In this document: piece by piece, positions 36,855 to 46,823 of the stretch
How positions within the stretch are numbered: position 1 is the first letter of the stretch
How the letters are laid out: each line of letters begins with the position of its first letter
Assembly: GCA_035536775.1 (NCBI GenBank)
Contig: DATLNM010000037.1
Coordinates: 28,526 to 92,525 of the forward strand
Length of the DNA: 64,000 nucleotides
DNA from: Actinomycetota bacterium
Lineage (GTDB): Bacteria > Actinomycetota > CADDZG01 > WHSQ01
Direction: 5' to 3'
Program-made: the position numbers and the translations under genes
The notes under the pieces: model-generated
The model's database searches: none
What the model saw: the letters and a program-made list of their open reading frames with translations, nothing else
What the model was told of the DNA's origin: nothing

Positions 36855-38600
36855 ATGAGCCACCTCTCCCTCTATAGGAAGTACCGCCCGCAGACGTTCG
36901 CCGAGATCCTCGGTCAGGATCACGTCTCGACGACGCTGACTCACGCGATCACCGAGGACCGCGTCGCGCACGCTTATCTCTTCACCGGCCCGCGCGGAAC
37001 GGGAAAGACGAGCACCGCGAGGATCCTGGCGAAAGCCCTCAACTGTGCGCAGGGCCCGACGCCGAGCCCATGTGGGGTGTGCGCGTCGTGCGTCGCCATC
37101 ACCGAAGGCTCATCGATGGACGTTATCGAGATGGACGCCGCGTCGCACTCCAAGGTTGAAGAGACGAGAGAGATCCTGGCCGGCGTCCCGCTAGCGGCGT
37201 CGTCGGGACAGCGCAAGGTGTACGTCATAGACGAGGTCCACATGCTCTCGACGAGCGCCTTCAACGCGCTTCTGAAGACCCTCGAGGAACCTCCGTCTCA
37301 TGTCGTCTTCGTACTTGCGACGACGGAGCCCCACAAGGTGCTTCCGACGATCATCTCGCGCACGCAACGCTTCGATTTCCGGCGTGTGTCGGCTGACGTG
37401 CTCGAGGGGCATCTCGGTGCGATCTCCAAGCTCGAACAGATCGATATAGAACCCGATGCCCTGGCCCTCATCGCACGGCACGCGGATGGCGGCGTCCGCG
37501 ATGCACTCTCCGTGCTCGACCAGCTCAGCAATTGGGGAGAGCGCATCTCCGTCGAGGATGTGTCGTCACTGCTGGGCGGTCGACGCGACGAGGACCTTCT
37601 CGGCCTCTTCGATGCCATCTCATCCGGTGACGTCGCCGGTGTCTTCCAGTCGGTCGCGACCGCCGTCGGTGAAGGTGCCGACGTCAGGCAGATGGCGATC
37701 AGTGTGCTCGATCACACGCGCAACCTCTTGTTCCTCAAGGCCGTTCCTGGAGCGGAGAACTCACTCGATGTGGGTGAGGGCGATATCCCTAGGTTCCTCC
37801 AGCAAAGCGGGGCGTTCACCAATGCTTCGCTGTTGCGTATCCTCGAGCTCGTTACCAAGGCGCTCGCAGAGATGCGCAACGTGGCCAACCATCGGCTCCT
37901 CCTCGAGGTAGCTCTCATCCGCTCAACCGACCCCGACACGGACTCGTCGGTCGAGGCTTTGCTGGGACGGATCGAACGTCTTGAGCGAAGGGCGGGGATC
38001 AGCGCGGGCGAGACGTCTGCCGGAGACACGGTCACGCCGGCAACGGTCGCGACCAGCCCGCCCCCGAGCAAAGCGCCACCCCGCGCCACGCCGTCGCCCG
38101 CGCCACGTGCGCCTAAGGCCGCTCCCAAGGCCACGGTGACGGCGAGCCCCGTCGAGGCGAGCCCACCCTCGGAAGACATCCCCTCCACCGTCGAGGTGCC
38201 GCCGATCCCCGCTTCGGGCATCGGACTCGGCCACATCAAGGACGCGTGGACCGCGACCCTTCAAGAGGTGAGCAAAAGAGGGAAACGCGTGGCCGCGTAC
38301 CTCAATCCGTCGACGCCGGTACGCCTCGAGGACGATCGACTCGTGGTCGAGGTGCAGTCAGAGTTCCACACGACTGCGATGGCAGAACAGAAGAGCATGA
38401 GCATGCTCCAGGACGCGATCCATGCCGCTCTCGGCGTGCGACTGAGGTTGCAGTTCGTAGCGCGCGGAGCCGAGCCGGCGCCCGAGCCGGATTCCGAGGC
38501 CGACCTCGAGGGAGCGGTTCCGATCGAAGACCATGATCCCGTGGAGCTGATCAAGAAGGGTTTCTCCGCCGAGGTGGTCGAAAAGGGGAGTAGTAGTTGA
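36855..38600 (+). CDS. dnaX: DNA polymerase III subunits gamma/tau
   Basis: Starts MSHLSLYRKYRPQTFAEILGQDHV. Walker A GPRGTGKTS, zinc module CGVCASC, DEVHMLS. Pro/Ala-rich linker and tau C-terminal domain. The upstream 60 codons of the track ORF overlap ffs and are rejected. Confidence 0.95.
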   Translation: MSHLSLYRKYRPQTFAEILGQDHVSTTLTHAITEDRVAHAYLFTGPRGTGKTSTARILAKALNCAQGPTPSPCGVCASCVAITEGSSMDVIEMDAASHSKVEETREILAGVPLAASSGQRKVYVIDEVHMLSTSAFNALLKTLEEPPSHVVFVLATTEPHKVLPTIISRTQRFDFRRVSADVLEGHLGAISKLEQIDIEPDALALIARHADGGVRDALSVLDQLSNWGERISVEDVSSLLGGRRDEDLLGLFDAISSGDVAGVFQSVATAVGEGADVRQMAISVLDHTRNLLFLKAVPGAENSLDVGEGDIPRFLQQSGAFTNASLLRILELVTKALAEMRNVANHRLLLEVALIRSTDPDTDSSVEALLGRIERLERRAGISAGETSAGDTVTPATVATSPPPSKAPPRATPSPAPRAPKAAPKATVTASPVEASPPSEDIPSTVEVPPIPASGIGLGHIKDAWTATLQEVSKRGKRVAAYLNPSTPVRLEDDRLVVEVQSEFHTTAMAEQKSMSMLQDAIHAALGVRLRLQFVARGAEPAPEPDSEADLEGAVPIEDHDPVELIKKGFSAEVVEKGSSS

Positions 38601-38926
38601 AAGATATGCAGAGGATGTTGAAGGAAGCGCAGAAGATGGCGGCCGAGATGCAGAAGGCCCAGGCTGAGCTCGCCGACGTCGAGGTGGATGGCTCGGCCGG
38701 TGGAGGAGCCGTGAAGGTGGTCGCGACTTGTGACATGCAGATCACTTCCGTGACGATCGCCTCATCGGTCTTTGAGGGCACCCCCGATGCCGACGACCTC
38801 GAGATGCTGGGCGACACGGTTACGGCCGCTGTCAACGACGCGTTGAACAACGCCCGCGCGGCTCAGGAGAAAGCGCTCGGGCCTCTCGCTGGTGGGATGG
38901 GTGGCCTCGGAATGCCCGGTCTGTAG
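38597..38926 (+). CDS. ybaB: Nucleoid-associated protein YbaB/EbfC
   Basis: MQRMLKEAQKMAAEMQKAQAEL...GGGAVKVVATCDMQITSVTI. The TTG start overlaps the dnaX stop; ATG 38606 is an alternative. Confidence 0.9.
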   Translation: MKDMQRMLKEAQKMAAEMQKAQAELADVEVDGSAGGGAVKVVATCDMQITSVTIASSVFEGTPDADDLEMLGDTVTAAVNDALNNARAAQEKALGPLAGGMGGLGMPGL

Positions 38927-38932
38927 CAGAGC

Positions 38933-39547
38933 GTGTTCGCAGGTCCCATTCAAGCGCTGATCGACGAGCTCGCACGACTCCCAGGGATCGGCCCGAAGAG
39001 CGCGCAGCGCGTCGCATTTCATCTTTTGAGAGCATCCGATGAGGAGGCTCGTTCTCTCGCTCGCTCGATCGTCGAAGCCAAAGAGAAGGTTCGGTTCTGC
39101 TTACGTTGTTTCAACGTGGCCGACCAAGAGCTATGTGAGTACTGCCGCGATACGCGGAGGGACGCGACCGTCATCTGTGTCGTTCAGGATCCCCCCGACA
39201 TCGTCGCGATCGAGAGGACGCGCGAGTTCCGCGGCTTGTATCACGTGCTCCAAGGCGCGATCAGCCCTATAGAAGGCGTAGGCCCCGATGATCTGCGCGT
39301 CGCCGAGCTGCTCGCTCGACTGGGGCCGAACGGCGCCGGTCCGGAAGGGACACCTGTGACCGAGGTGATCCTCGCGACCAACCCGAACACCGAGGGCACT
39401 GCGACCGCGATGTACCTCGGGCGCCTGATCGCGCCACTCGGGATCGTCGTGACGCGTCTGGCGAGCGGCCTCCCCGTGGGCGGCGACCTCGAGTATGCCG
39501 ACGAGGTCACCCTCGGCCGCGCCTTGGAAGGCCGCCGCCCCGTCTAA
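38933..39547 (+). CDS. recR: Recombination protein RecR
   Basis: [25 protein letters not shown]4 zinc finger CLRCFNV..CEYC, Toprim domain. Confidence 0.95.
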   Translation: MFAGPIQALIDELARLPGIGPKSAQRVAFHLLRASDEEARSLARSIVEAKEKVRFCLRCFNVADQELCEYCRDTRRDATVICVVQDPPDIVAIERTREFRGLYHVLQGAISPIEGVGPDDLRVAELLARLGPNGAGPEGTPVTEVILATNPNTEGTATAMYLGRLIAPLGIVVTRLASGLPVGGDLEYADEVTLGRALEGRRPV

Positions 39548-39556
39548 TCTGAGGCG

Positions 39557-40861
39557 ATGGCCACCCTGGTACAGAAATACGGTGGGACGTCGGTCGGGGA
39601 TGCGGCGCGGATAAAGCGTGTCGCGCAGCGTGTCGTCGCCGCCGTTGATGCAGGCAACGAGGTTTGTGTGGTCGTCTCCGCCATGGGTCACACGACCGAC
39701 GAGCTTCTCCTGCTCGCCGAACAGATCACCGACGAGCCGCACGCGCGCGAGCTCGACATGCTCCTCACGGCCGGTGAGCGCATCTCGATGGCGCTGCTGT
39801 CGATGGCCATCCACGATCTCGGTCACGACGCCATCTCGTTGACCGGCTCACAGGCTGGCATCGTGACGGATACGAGTCACGGCAAAGCTCGCATCGTCGA
39901 GGTGCGTGCCAAACGGGTCCGCGATGCCCTCGATGCCGGAAAGGTGGCCATCGTGGCGGGATTCCAGGGCGTGTCCACGGAGTTCGATGTCACTACGCTC
40001 GGCCGTGGGGGATCCGACACCACCGCGGTGGCACTGGCGGCGGCACTCGAAGCCGACGTCTGCGAGATCTTCACCGACGTGGATGGGGTTTTTACCGCCG
40101 ACCCCCGGTTGGTTCCGTCGGCGAGGAAGCTTCATGCGGTGTCTTATGAGGAGATGCTCGAGATGTCGGCCAGCGGAGCGAAGGTCCTCATGCTCCGGTC
40201 TGTCGAATACGCTCGTAACCACCGCGTACTCGTCCATGTGCGATCGTCGTTCCACGACGAGGAGGGGACGTGGATCCGCGAGGAGGACGAGCGCATGGAG
40301 CAGGCAATCATCTCGGGAATCGCCCATGACACTTCGGAAGCGAAGGTCACGATCCTCGGCGTGCCCGACCATCCGGGCGTGGCGGCTCGGGTATTCCGCC
40401 CGCTCGCCGACGGCGAGGTCAACGTAGACATGATCGTCCAGAACGCATCGGCTTCGGGCAGAACCGACATCTTCTTCACTCTTCCAAAAGAGGACCTTCA
40501 TCGAGCCCGCACGATCCTCGAATCCGTTTGCAGCGACGTTGGAGCAGAGTCTTTCGTGACCGACTCTGACATCGCGAAGGTCTCCCTCATCGGTGCTGGG
40601 ATGAAGACACACCCCGGTGTTGCCGCCGAGATGTTCGAAGCTCTCGGGGAGGAATCGATAAACATCGAGATCCTCTCGACCTCATCGATCCGTATCTCCT
40701 GTGTCATCCGCGCTACCGACGTCGAGCGCGCAGTCGTCGCCTTGCATGAGAAGTTCAACCTCCCCGAGGAGGCAGCGATCCGCGAACGTCACCCTGCCGG
40801 CACGGGCATTCCCGGAGAGCTGAGGATCATCCACAGCGACGACGCGACGGGGCAGGCTTGA
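39557..40861 (+). CDS. ask: Aspartate kinase (alpha subunit reading frame)
   Basis: [29 protein letters not shown], two C-terminal ACT domains. Confidence 0.95.
   Translation: MATLVQKYGGTSVGDAARIKRVAQRVVAAVDAGNEVCVVVSAMGHTTDELLLLAEQITDEPHARELDMLLTAGERISMALLSMAIHDLGHDAISLTGSQAGIVTDTSHGKARIVEVRAKRVRDALDAGKVAIVAGFQGVSTEFDVTTLGRGGSDTTAVALAAALEADVCEIFTDVDGVFTADPRLVPSARKLHAVSYEEMLEMSASGAKVLMLRSVEYARNHRVLVHVRSSFHDEEGTWIREEDERMEQAIISGIAHDTSEAKVTILGVPDHPGVAARVFRPLADGEVNVDMIVQNASASGRTDIFFTLPKEDLHRARTILESVCSDVGAESFVTDSDIAKVSLIGAGMKTHPGVAAEMFEALGEESINIEILSTSSIRISCVIRATDVERAVVALHEKFNLPEEAAIRERHPAGTGIPGELRIIHSDDATGQA
40295..40861 (+). CDS. Aspartate kinase beta subunit (nested in-frame internal start)
   Basis: An internal RBS aggagga sits 7 nt before in-frame ATG 40295 ([23 protein letters not shown]). 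This is the same position as the lysC-beta start known in Corynebacterium and Mycobacterium. Confidence 0.6.
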   Translation: MEQAIISGIAHDTSEAKVTILGVPDHPGVAARVFRPLADGEVNVDMIVQNASASGRTDIFFTLPKEDLHRARTILESVCSDVGAESFVTDSDIAKVSLIGAGMKTHPGVAAEMFEALGEESINIEILSTSSIRISCVIRATDVERAVVALHEKFNLPEEAAIRERHPAGTGIPGELRIIHSDDATGQA

Positions 40862-40862
40862 G

Positions 40863-41897
40863 ATGAAGCTCGCCGTCGTCGGCGCAACCGGCGCCGTGGG
40901 AACGGAGATCCTTCGCATCCTCGACGAACGCGCCTTTCCCTTCACAGAGCTCGTTCCGGTCGCATCCCCGCGTTCAGCCGGGAGGCGGTTGTCATGCCAA
41001 GGTCAGGAATGGACCGTGGTTGCGCTCGCGGAGAGCGTGTTCGAGGGCGTCGACGTCGCGCTCTTCGATGTGTCGGATGAGTTGACGCAAGAGTGGGCTC
41101 CTGTCGCCGCGTCTCGGGGCGCACTCGTAATCGATAACTCGGCGGCATTCCGGATGGACCCAGACGTACCGCTCGTCGTCCCGGAGGTCAACCCTGGAGA
41201 CGCGCACGAGCACCCCAAGGGCATCATCGCGAGTCCCAACTGCACGACGCTCGCCATGGTGGTACCGCTCGCTGCGCTTCATCGGGAGGTTCCCGTGGAA
41301 CGACTCATCCTCGCGTCGTATCAAGCGGCGTCGGGATCGGGCCGGCCCGGCGTCGAGGAGCTATGGGATCAGATCGAGAGGGTCGCGAAGGAGCCCGACC
41401 TCGCCCGTGAGGGGCGCGCTGGAGAGGTCCTGTCTGCAGGGTCGACTTTCGCACACCCCATCGCGATGAACGTCATTCCACAGTGCGGTTCGGTCAAGCA
41501 GGATGGCTACACGAGCGAAGAGCTCAAGCTGTGCGACGAGACGCGCAAGATCATGGGTCTTCCCGACCTGCGCGTCACCGCGACGTGCGTGAGGGTGCCC
41601 GTCGTCGTGGGACACGGCGTCGCGGTGCATGTGGAGTTCGCAGGGCCGTTGTCGCCCGAACGGGCTCGCTCGATCCTCGCGGACGCTCCTGGTGTCGAGC
41701 TGTTGGACGATCCCAGCGAAGCGAACTACCCCACACCGCTGCACGCGGCGGGCAAGGACCCCTGTTACGTGGGCCGAGTCAGACAGGATCGATTCGACCC
41801 CAACGCGATCGAGATGTTCTGCGTCACCGACAACCTGCGCAAGGGAGCCGCCCTCAACACCGTCCAGGTCGCCGAGTTGGTGCTCGATCCGCGTTGA
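40863..41897 (+). CDS. asd: Aspartate-semialdehyde dehydrogenase
   Basis: MKLAVVGATGAVG, active-site SPNCTT, starts 1 nt after the ask stop. Confidence 0.95.
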   Translation: MKLAVVGATGAVGTEILRILDERAFPFTELVPVASPRSAGRRLSCQGQEWTVVALAESVFEGVDVALFDVSDELTQEWAPVAASRGALVIDNSAAFRMDPDVPLVVPEVNPGDAHEHPKGIIASPNCTTLAMVVPLAALHREVPVERLILASYQAASGSGRPGVEELWDQIERVAKEPDLAREGRAGEVLSAGSTFAHPIAMNVIPQCGSVKQDGYTSEELKLCDETRKIMGLPDLRVTATCVRVPVVVGHGVAVHVEFAGPLSPERARSILADAPGVELLDDPSEANYPTPLHAAGKDPCYVGRVRQDRFDPNAIEMFCVTDNLRKGAALNTVQVAELVLDPR

Positions 41898-42619
41898 CGG
41901 ATCGACCTTCGCAAGAGCAGTCAGACGCTCTTGCCGAGAAGAACGCGTTCATCGCGGTCTTTGCTCACGACCTTAAGTCGCCGATGGCGATCATTGGGGG
42001 CTTCGCCGAGACGCTCGTCGATTCGTGGGACAGGTTCGATGACAACACGCGCAAGGATTTCGTCAGGCGCATCGGCAAGAGCATCGCGTCGCTCTCCAAG
42101 CTCGTCGACGACGTCCTCCAGGTGACCCGGATCGAGGGTGGAACCCTCGAGTACGACCTGGTGGACGTGGACCTCGTTGCACTGGTGGCCGAAGCCACCC
42201 GGGATGCATCCCTCGGAGACGCCACCGCCAGGATGAAGACCGTGCTCGCTGCCGATACCCCGGCGGTGCGAGCCGACCCCGATCGAGTGTGGCTCGTCTT
42301 GCTCAATCTGCTGTCGAACGCGGCGAAGTTCTCATCTGAGTCTGAGATCGTCGTAGAGGTCGTGCCGCGCTCTGGATCCGTCGAGGTCTCCGTCGTCGAT
42401 CGAGGGGTTGGGATCAGACCCAACGACCTTCCCCGCGTGTTCGACAAGTTCGCTGCGATAGAGCCGCCAAAAGGGGGGAAGCCGAAGGGAACGGGGCTCG
42501 GTCTCTACATCTGTAAAGCCATCATCGAGGCACAGGACGGTACCCTCACCGCCGCCAGCGAGCCGGGCGAAGGATCGACGTTCACCTTCACCCTGCCCGT
42601 CGCAGGAGGAGGCAGCTAG
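41894..42619 (+). CDS. Sensor-less histidine kinase core (DHp/HisKA plus HATPase_c only)
   Basis: TTG 41894 overlaps the asd stop (TTGA). H-box FIAVFAHDLKSPM about 20 aa from the start. N box LLNLLSNAAKF, G1 DRGVGI, G2 GTGLGLYICK. No TM or sensor domain. Confidence 0.75.
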   Translation: MTDRPSQEQSDALAEKNAFIAVFAHDLKSPMAIIGGFAETLVDSWDRFDDNTRKDFVRRIGKSIASLSKLVDDVLQVTRIEGGTLEYDLVDVDLVALVAEATRDASLGDATARMKTVLAADTPAVRADPDRVWLVLLNLLSNAAKFSSESEIVVEVVPRSGSVEVSVVDRGVGIRPNDLPRVFDKFAAIEPPKGGKPKGTGLGLYICKAIIEAQDGTLTAASEPGEGSTFTFTLPVAGGGS

Positions 42620-42689
42620 CGTCAGCCAAGATGCGGTAGCTCGTCATTTCGAGCATGAGTTCACGAGCCTCCAGTCCGGCGACCTCGAT

Positions 42690-43511
42690 ATGGACTCTTC
42701 GGAGCTCCTCGAGTTCTTCTTCGTCTCCCGTACCGGTATCGACCCGGGGCTCGACGGCGTCGTCGCCGACCCCTATGTAACTGATATGTCGGACCTGCCC
42801 GATGGGTATCGACCCGATACAAGCTTCGTGCGCGGCAAGGTGGTCCTCGATGCCGGCTGTGGACCGGGACGGTTCACGCGCGTGGCTGCGAACGCAGGAG
42901 CAGCTTTCGTTGTCGGCCTCGATGTTGCTGGTCACCTCGCTCGTACCGCGCGGCGTTGCGCCGACCTTCCCAACGTCGCTCTGGTCCAAGGCTCGGTGCT
43001 AGCTCCACCTTTCAAGGAAGGTGCGTTCGACTTCGCCTTTTCGATCGGGGTTCTGCACCACACCGACGATCCTGAACGGGGTGTGGCAGAGCTGAGCCGC
43101 GTTGTGACTCCCTCGGGCTCACTGTCTATTTGGGTTTACCCCCCGGACTACTGGGGTGGCCGGCTACGCGGACCCGTCAACCGGTTCATTCACGGCCGAT
43201 TGCGGAGATGGGAGCCTCAGAGGGCGTGGCGGTTCTGCAGCCGTTATCTCTTCGCGCTCGGTCGCATCCAGCTGCGCCTCGCTGCTCGACGCTGGACCAA
43301 GATCCTGTGTGCGCCTCTCTTCCTGGTCTCCGTCCCTCGTCACCCGAGCCCAGAGGTGATGCGCGTGACGATCTTTGACTACTTCGCGGCGCCGGTCATC
43401 TCGACGCATACCTTCGAGGAGGTCGAGTCATGGCTGCGCGTAGCCGGGTTGTCCGATGTATCCCGGAGTTCGGTGCCGGCCGGCTGCCTCGCCAGAGGAT
43501 CGAGCCTGTAG
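42690..43511 (+). CDS. Class I SAM-dependent methyltransferase
   Basis: [12 protein letters not shown] motif [13 protein letters not shown]. The frame is open upstream of 42690 without an ATG/GTG/TTG, so the true start is uncertain. Confidence 0.8.
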   Translation: MDSSELLEFFFVSRTGIDPGLDGVVADPYVTDMSDLPDGYRPDTSFVRGKVVLDAGCGPGRFTRVAANAGAAFVVGLDVAGHLARTARRCADLPNVALVQGSVLAPPFKEGAFDFAFSIGVLHHTDDPERGVAELSRVVTPSGSLSIWVYPPDYWGGRLRGPVNRFIHGRLRRWEPQRAWRFCSRYLFALGRIQLRLAARRWTKILCAPLFLVSVPRHPSPEVMRVTIFDYFAAPVISTHTFEEVESWLRVAGLSDVSRSSVPAGCLARGSSL

Positions 43512-43528
43512 TTGATGCGATGGGTCCT

Positions 43529-43605
43529 TGGTCGGGAAGGGGGGACTTGAACCCCCGACCTCTGCGTCCCGAACGCAGCGCGCTGCCAAACTGCGCCACT
43601 TCCCG
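43529..43605 (-). tRNA. tRNA-Pro (anticodon CGG), CCA encoded
   Basis: Reverse complement reads CGGGAAG-tg-gcgc...ctgcg-TTCGGGA-cgcag...ggggg-ttcaagt-ccccc-CTTCCCG-A-CCA. Confidence 0.9.
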
Positions 43606-43716
43606 TTCCCCCCAGCATAAGCCCATGACTTGCGGAGGATGGAGATGGCAGTCAGGTGCCCTAGCCAGCCCCTTCGTCTTCGTGTCATGGTTGGGTGAAT
43701 CGAGATAGGAGGACAC

Positions 43717-45183
43717 ATGCGGAATCCGACGCGCTTCCGGCCGATCGCGCTGCTCATCTTGCTCGCACTCCTGCCGCTCGCCGTTCCTTCCCCTGCGGCC
43801 GCCGCTCGCCCACCTTGTCTCGGACAGCGCGCGACCGTGCTCGGAACGGGAGGAAACGACGAGCTCGTCGGCACGCGCAGAGCGGACGTCATCGTAGGTC
43901 TGGGCGGCGACGACTTCATCAGTGGCGGCGGGGGGAACGACATCATCTGTGGCGGCACCGGTGTCGACTCGATCTCCGGTGGAGGTGGTGTGGACCGCGT
44001 CGTCGCCGGCAAAGGGGACGACCTGCTTTCCGGTGACGGCGGAGACGACCGTCTGCTCGGGGGAGCGGGATTCGATCTTCTGTTCTACGGGACTTCGCCG
44101 GTCGGGGTGAACGTCGACCTTCCCAACGGGATCTCCACCGGCCAGGGACGTGACACTCTGCGCAGCGTCGAGCACGTGGCGGGCAGCCCGCTTGCAGATC
44201 ACATCATCGGTACCGACGACTTCACGATCGCATTCGGCGGTGAGGGCAATGACGTCATCGAAGGTCGTGGCTTCATCGATTTTCTCGTGGGTGAAGGCGG
44301 CGACGATCAGATCTTGGGTGGCGAAGGCTTCGATTTCATGGTGTTTTCGTCTGCCCCCGGTCCCGTCGGAGTAGACCTGTCGGCAGGTACCGCGACGGGT
44401 GAGGGCAACGACGTCCTGGCGGAAGTCGAGTCACTCTTGGGGAGTCCCTTCGATGACACCCTCATAGGGGACGGTGGCTCGAATTTTCTCTACGGGGCCG
44501 AAGGTAACGACTCCCTCGACGGAGGCGGCGGATCGGATGCAGCCCTCTACTGGTTCGCGACGCAAGCCGTAACGGTCGATCTCTCCGCCGGAACCGCGAC
44601 CGGCGACGGCAGCGACACGCTCACCGGCATCGAGAACCTTTTCGGCTCGGAGGGCTTCGGCGACACCCTCATCGGGAATGAGAGCCATAACTATCTCGAC
44701 GGTGATGCGGGCAACGATCAGCTTTCCGGCGGAGGTGGCGACGATTGGATCGTGGGCGGTCCGGGCGACGACCATGTCGACGGCGGTGAAGGCGACTATG
44801 ACCTCGCAGACTTCATCGGACCCGCGGCGGTAGATGCGAACCTGGAACGAGGGACCGCCACCGGTGAAGGTAACGACGTGCTCGTGTCGCTGGAGGCGTT
44901 ATATGGCACGGAGCACAATGATGTTCTCGTCGGCGATGGAGGGATCAACTATCTGTTCGGGTGGTTCGGCGATGATCAGCTGTCCGGTGGCGCGAACAAC
45001 GATTTCCTTGACGGTGAAAACGGAGCGGATCTAGCGGACGGTGGAGAGGGGTTCGATAATTGCCTGAACCTCGAGTCGGCCCCGCTGGCATGCGAAGGCA
45101 CCACCGCGTCACCCTTGCATCCGCTCGCTGCGTACTCGGCTTCGGCGCAGTCGGTCAGATCGTTCCGTCCACCGCGTCAGTGA
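43717..45183 (+). CDS. Secreted calcium-binding protein with many RTX-type GGxGxD nonapeptide repeats
   Basis: RBS aggagga, then a Sec-type signal peptide MRNPTRFRPIALLILLALLPLAVPSPAAA. Repeats such as GLGGDDFISGGGGNDIICGGTGVDSISGGGGVD run through most of the protein. Confidence 0.85.
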   Translation: MRNPTRFRPIALLILLALLPLAVPSPAAAARPPCLGQRATVLGTGGNDELVGTRRADVIVGLGGDDFISGGGGNDIICGGTGVDSISGGGGVDRVVAGKGDDLLSGDGGDDRLLGGAGFDLLFYGTSPVGVNVDLPNGISTGQGRDTLRSVEHVAGSPLADHIIGTDDFTIAFGGEGNDVIEGRGFIDFLVGEGGDDQILGGEGFDFMVFSSAPGPVGVDLSAGTATGEGNDVLAEVESLLGSPFDDTLIGDGGSNFLYGAEGNDSLDGGGGSDAALYWFATQAVTVDLSAGTATGDGSDTLTGIENLFGSEGFGDTLIGNESHNYLDGDAGNDQLSGGGGDDWIVGGPGDDHVDGGEGDYDLADFIGPAAVDANLERGTATGEGNDVLVSLEALYGTEHNDVLVGDGGINYLFGWFGDDQLSGGANNDFLDGENGADLADGGEGFDNCLNLESAPLACEGTTASPLHPLAAYSASAQSVRSFRPPRQ

Positions 45184-45187
45184 TGGT

Positions 45188-46813
45188 CTAAGGCCGCAAG
45201 CGACCCTCGACCGTAAAGGGGAACGAGAAGTAGCGGCCTCTGTTACCCAGCTTGTCTCGGAGGCCCGCGGCGTAGAAGCGATAAGTCGCGCCGCTCCGCA
45301 ATGGTCGTGACGGCGTGAACGTGAGCACCCGCGGAGTGAACAGACGCAGGGTGCCCCTAACATGGGGCGTTCCGAGAGAGAGGTGGACCCTGGTCGGGTC
45401 GATGCTCGCGGGATCGATCGCTTCGTCGAAGCGGATGACGATCCGGATGCCGCGCCCTACTCCGACTGCCCCTCTGTCCGGGGTGAGGTGCACCGGTGTC
45501 GGACCTCGAGCGTCGGCCTCTGCCCTCGCAGCGAACGACTCGAGTCCTTGGCCACCATCACTACCTACCGCCGCGATGGCGTACCGGTAGTGGGTGGCGT
45601 GGGCGGTTTCGATGTCGGTGTATCCCACGGTTTCGGCGGGAAGGTGGGCGAGCTCCCTGTAGGGCTCGCCTTGACGGGCCCGGTACAAGATCCATCCCTG
45701 GGCCCCCGGGATGGGCTCCCATGCCAGAGCGATCTCACCTTGGGCGCGTGACTCGATCTCGGGCTTTAGGGCCTGTGGCGTCGGGGTGATGACGAATCGA
45801 CCCCACACGAACCTGTGGTCGGAGTACCGATAGTTCCTGGGATGCAGCGTTCCTGCGTGTGGGCCCGCCCACCCCGGGTGATCCGCATGGGCTTCGGCAA
45901 CGAGGGCCCCCGAGGTGAAGAGGTAGTCGATGCGCGTGCGACGCTTGCGTTCCGACGCATCGCACACCATCGTCGTGCGCTTCTGCTCGTGCGTCCATTC
46001 CCGCGTCATGAACATCCCATGGCTACGATGCCATGACCTGACAGCGTCGCTGTAGGCGCGCCCTCCGTCGGAGGGATCGGTCAGCAACAGCCACCAATCG
46101 TTGGGAGCGGACTCTTCGTTGCGATCACACTCGCGCAGCTCGGTAGTGGCGCGGCGGTTGAAGTCGCCGCCGATGATGACCGCGCCCATCTCATCGGCCA
46201 ACTGGGTGCGAAGCTCGGTGATGTTCTGTTCCACGCAGTTCCTCTTGTTGCTGGTGCGGTAGTTCTTGGCGAAGTGGATGCCCGCAACCGTCACCAACGC
46301 CGACGTGTTCACGTCTACGAGGCGCGCGATCGGATAGTCACGATTGGCTCGGCCGTCGGTCGGGGTTTCAGCGGTCGTGCAAACATCGCCCCATTGTTCG
46401 AACGACTCGAGTTGCAGCGTGTTGCTATTGAAGATGATCGAGGCAGCCAGCTCAGGTTCCCCTGCGATCTTGTATTTGTAGTCGGGATAGCGCTGGCGAA
46501 GGAGGCGTTCGAAGATCTCCAAGTTGGAGGGACGCATCTCTTCGATGATCACGACGTCTGGTGGCATCACCGCCCCGGTGCTTCCACCGTCGAACGCGGG
46601 GGGGCGGAACCGCAGCGCTCGCCCCAGCTCGAACATCGCCAGGAATCGCTTGAGTCCGAGCACACGCTGCTGCTTGGCGTTGACCGCCACGACCGAGATC
46701 TGCCCTGGAGGGCTGAGGCGATGCGGCGGCGGACCCTGACGGCGCGCGCCTACACCCCCGATGCTTGTGGCCACGAGGAGCGACGCGACGAAAAGAACCA
46801 AGATCTTTCGCAT
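45188..46813 (-). CDS. Secreted endonuclease/exonuclease/phosphatase (EEP) family protein with C-terminal FN3/Ig-like domains
   Basis: ATG 46813 gives signal peptide MRKILVLFVASLLVATSIGG. EEP motifs IIGGDFNR, RIDYLF, SDHRFVW. C-terminal beta-sandwich repeats. Confidence 0.8.
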   Translation of the reverse strand: MRKILVLFVASLLVATSIGGVGARRQGPPPHRLSPPGQISVVAVNAKQQRVLGLKRFLAMFELGRALRFRPPAFDGGSTGAVMPPDVVIIEEMRPSNLEIFERLLRQRYPDYKYKIAGEPELAASIIFNSNTLQLESFEQWGDVCTTAETPTDGRANRDYPIARLVDVNTSALVTVAGIHFAKNYRTSNKRNCVEQNITELRTQLADEMGAVIIGGDFNRRATTELRECDRNEESAPNDWWLLLTDPSDGGRAYSDAVRSWHRSHGMFMTREWTHEQKRTTMVCDASERKRRTRIDYLFTSGALVAEAHADHPGWAGPHAGTLHPRNYRYSDHRFVWGRFVITPTPQALKPEIESRAQGEIALAWEPIPGAQGWILYRARQGEPYRELAHLPAETVGYTDIETAHATHYRYAIAAVGSDGGQGLESFAARAEADARGPTPVHLTPDRGAVGVGRGIRIVIRFDEAIDPASIDPTRVHLSLGTPHVRGTLRLFTPRVLTFTPSRPLRSGATYRFYAAGLRDKLGNRGRYFSFPFTVEGRLRP

Positions 46814-46823
46814 GACGGGCACC

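Noticed and set aside
41483-41893. Upstream 137 codons of the 378-aa ORF that contains the histidine kinase
   Set aside because: This part lies entirely inside asd in another frame, is Arg-rich and has no domain signature. The kinase can start at TTG 41894, which overlaps the asd stop.
43850-45050. RTX toxin exported by a type I secretion system
   Set aside because: The protein has an N-terminal Sec signal peptide. No T1SS ABC, MFP or TolC genes are nearby, and there is no acyltransferase (RtxC-like) gene.
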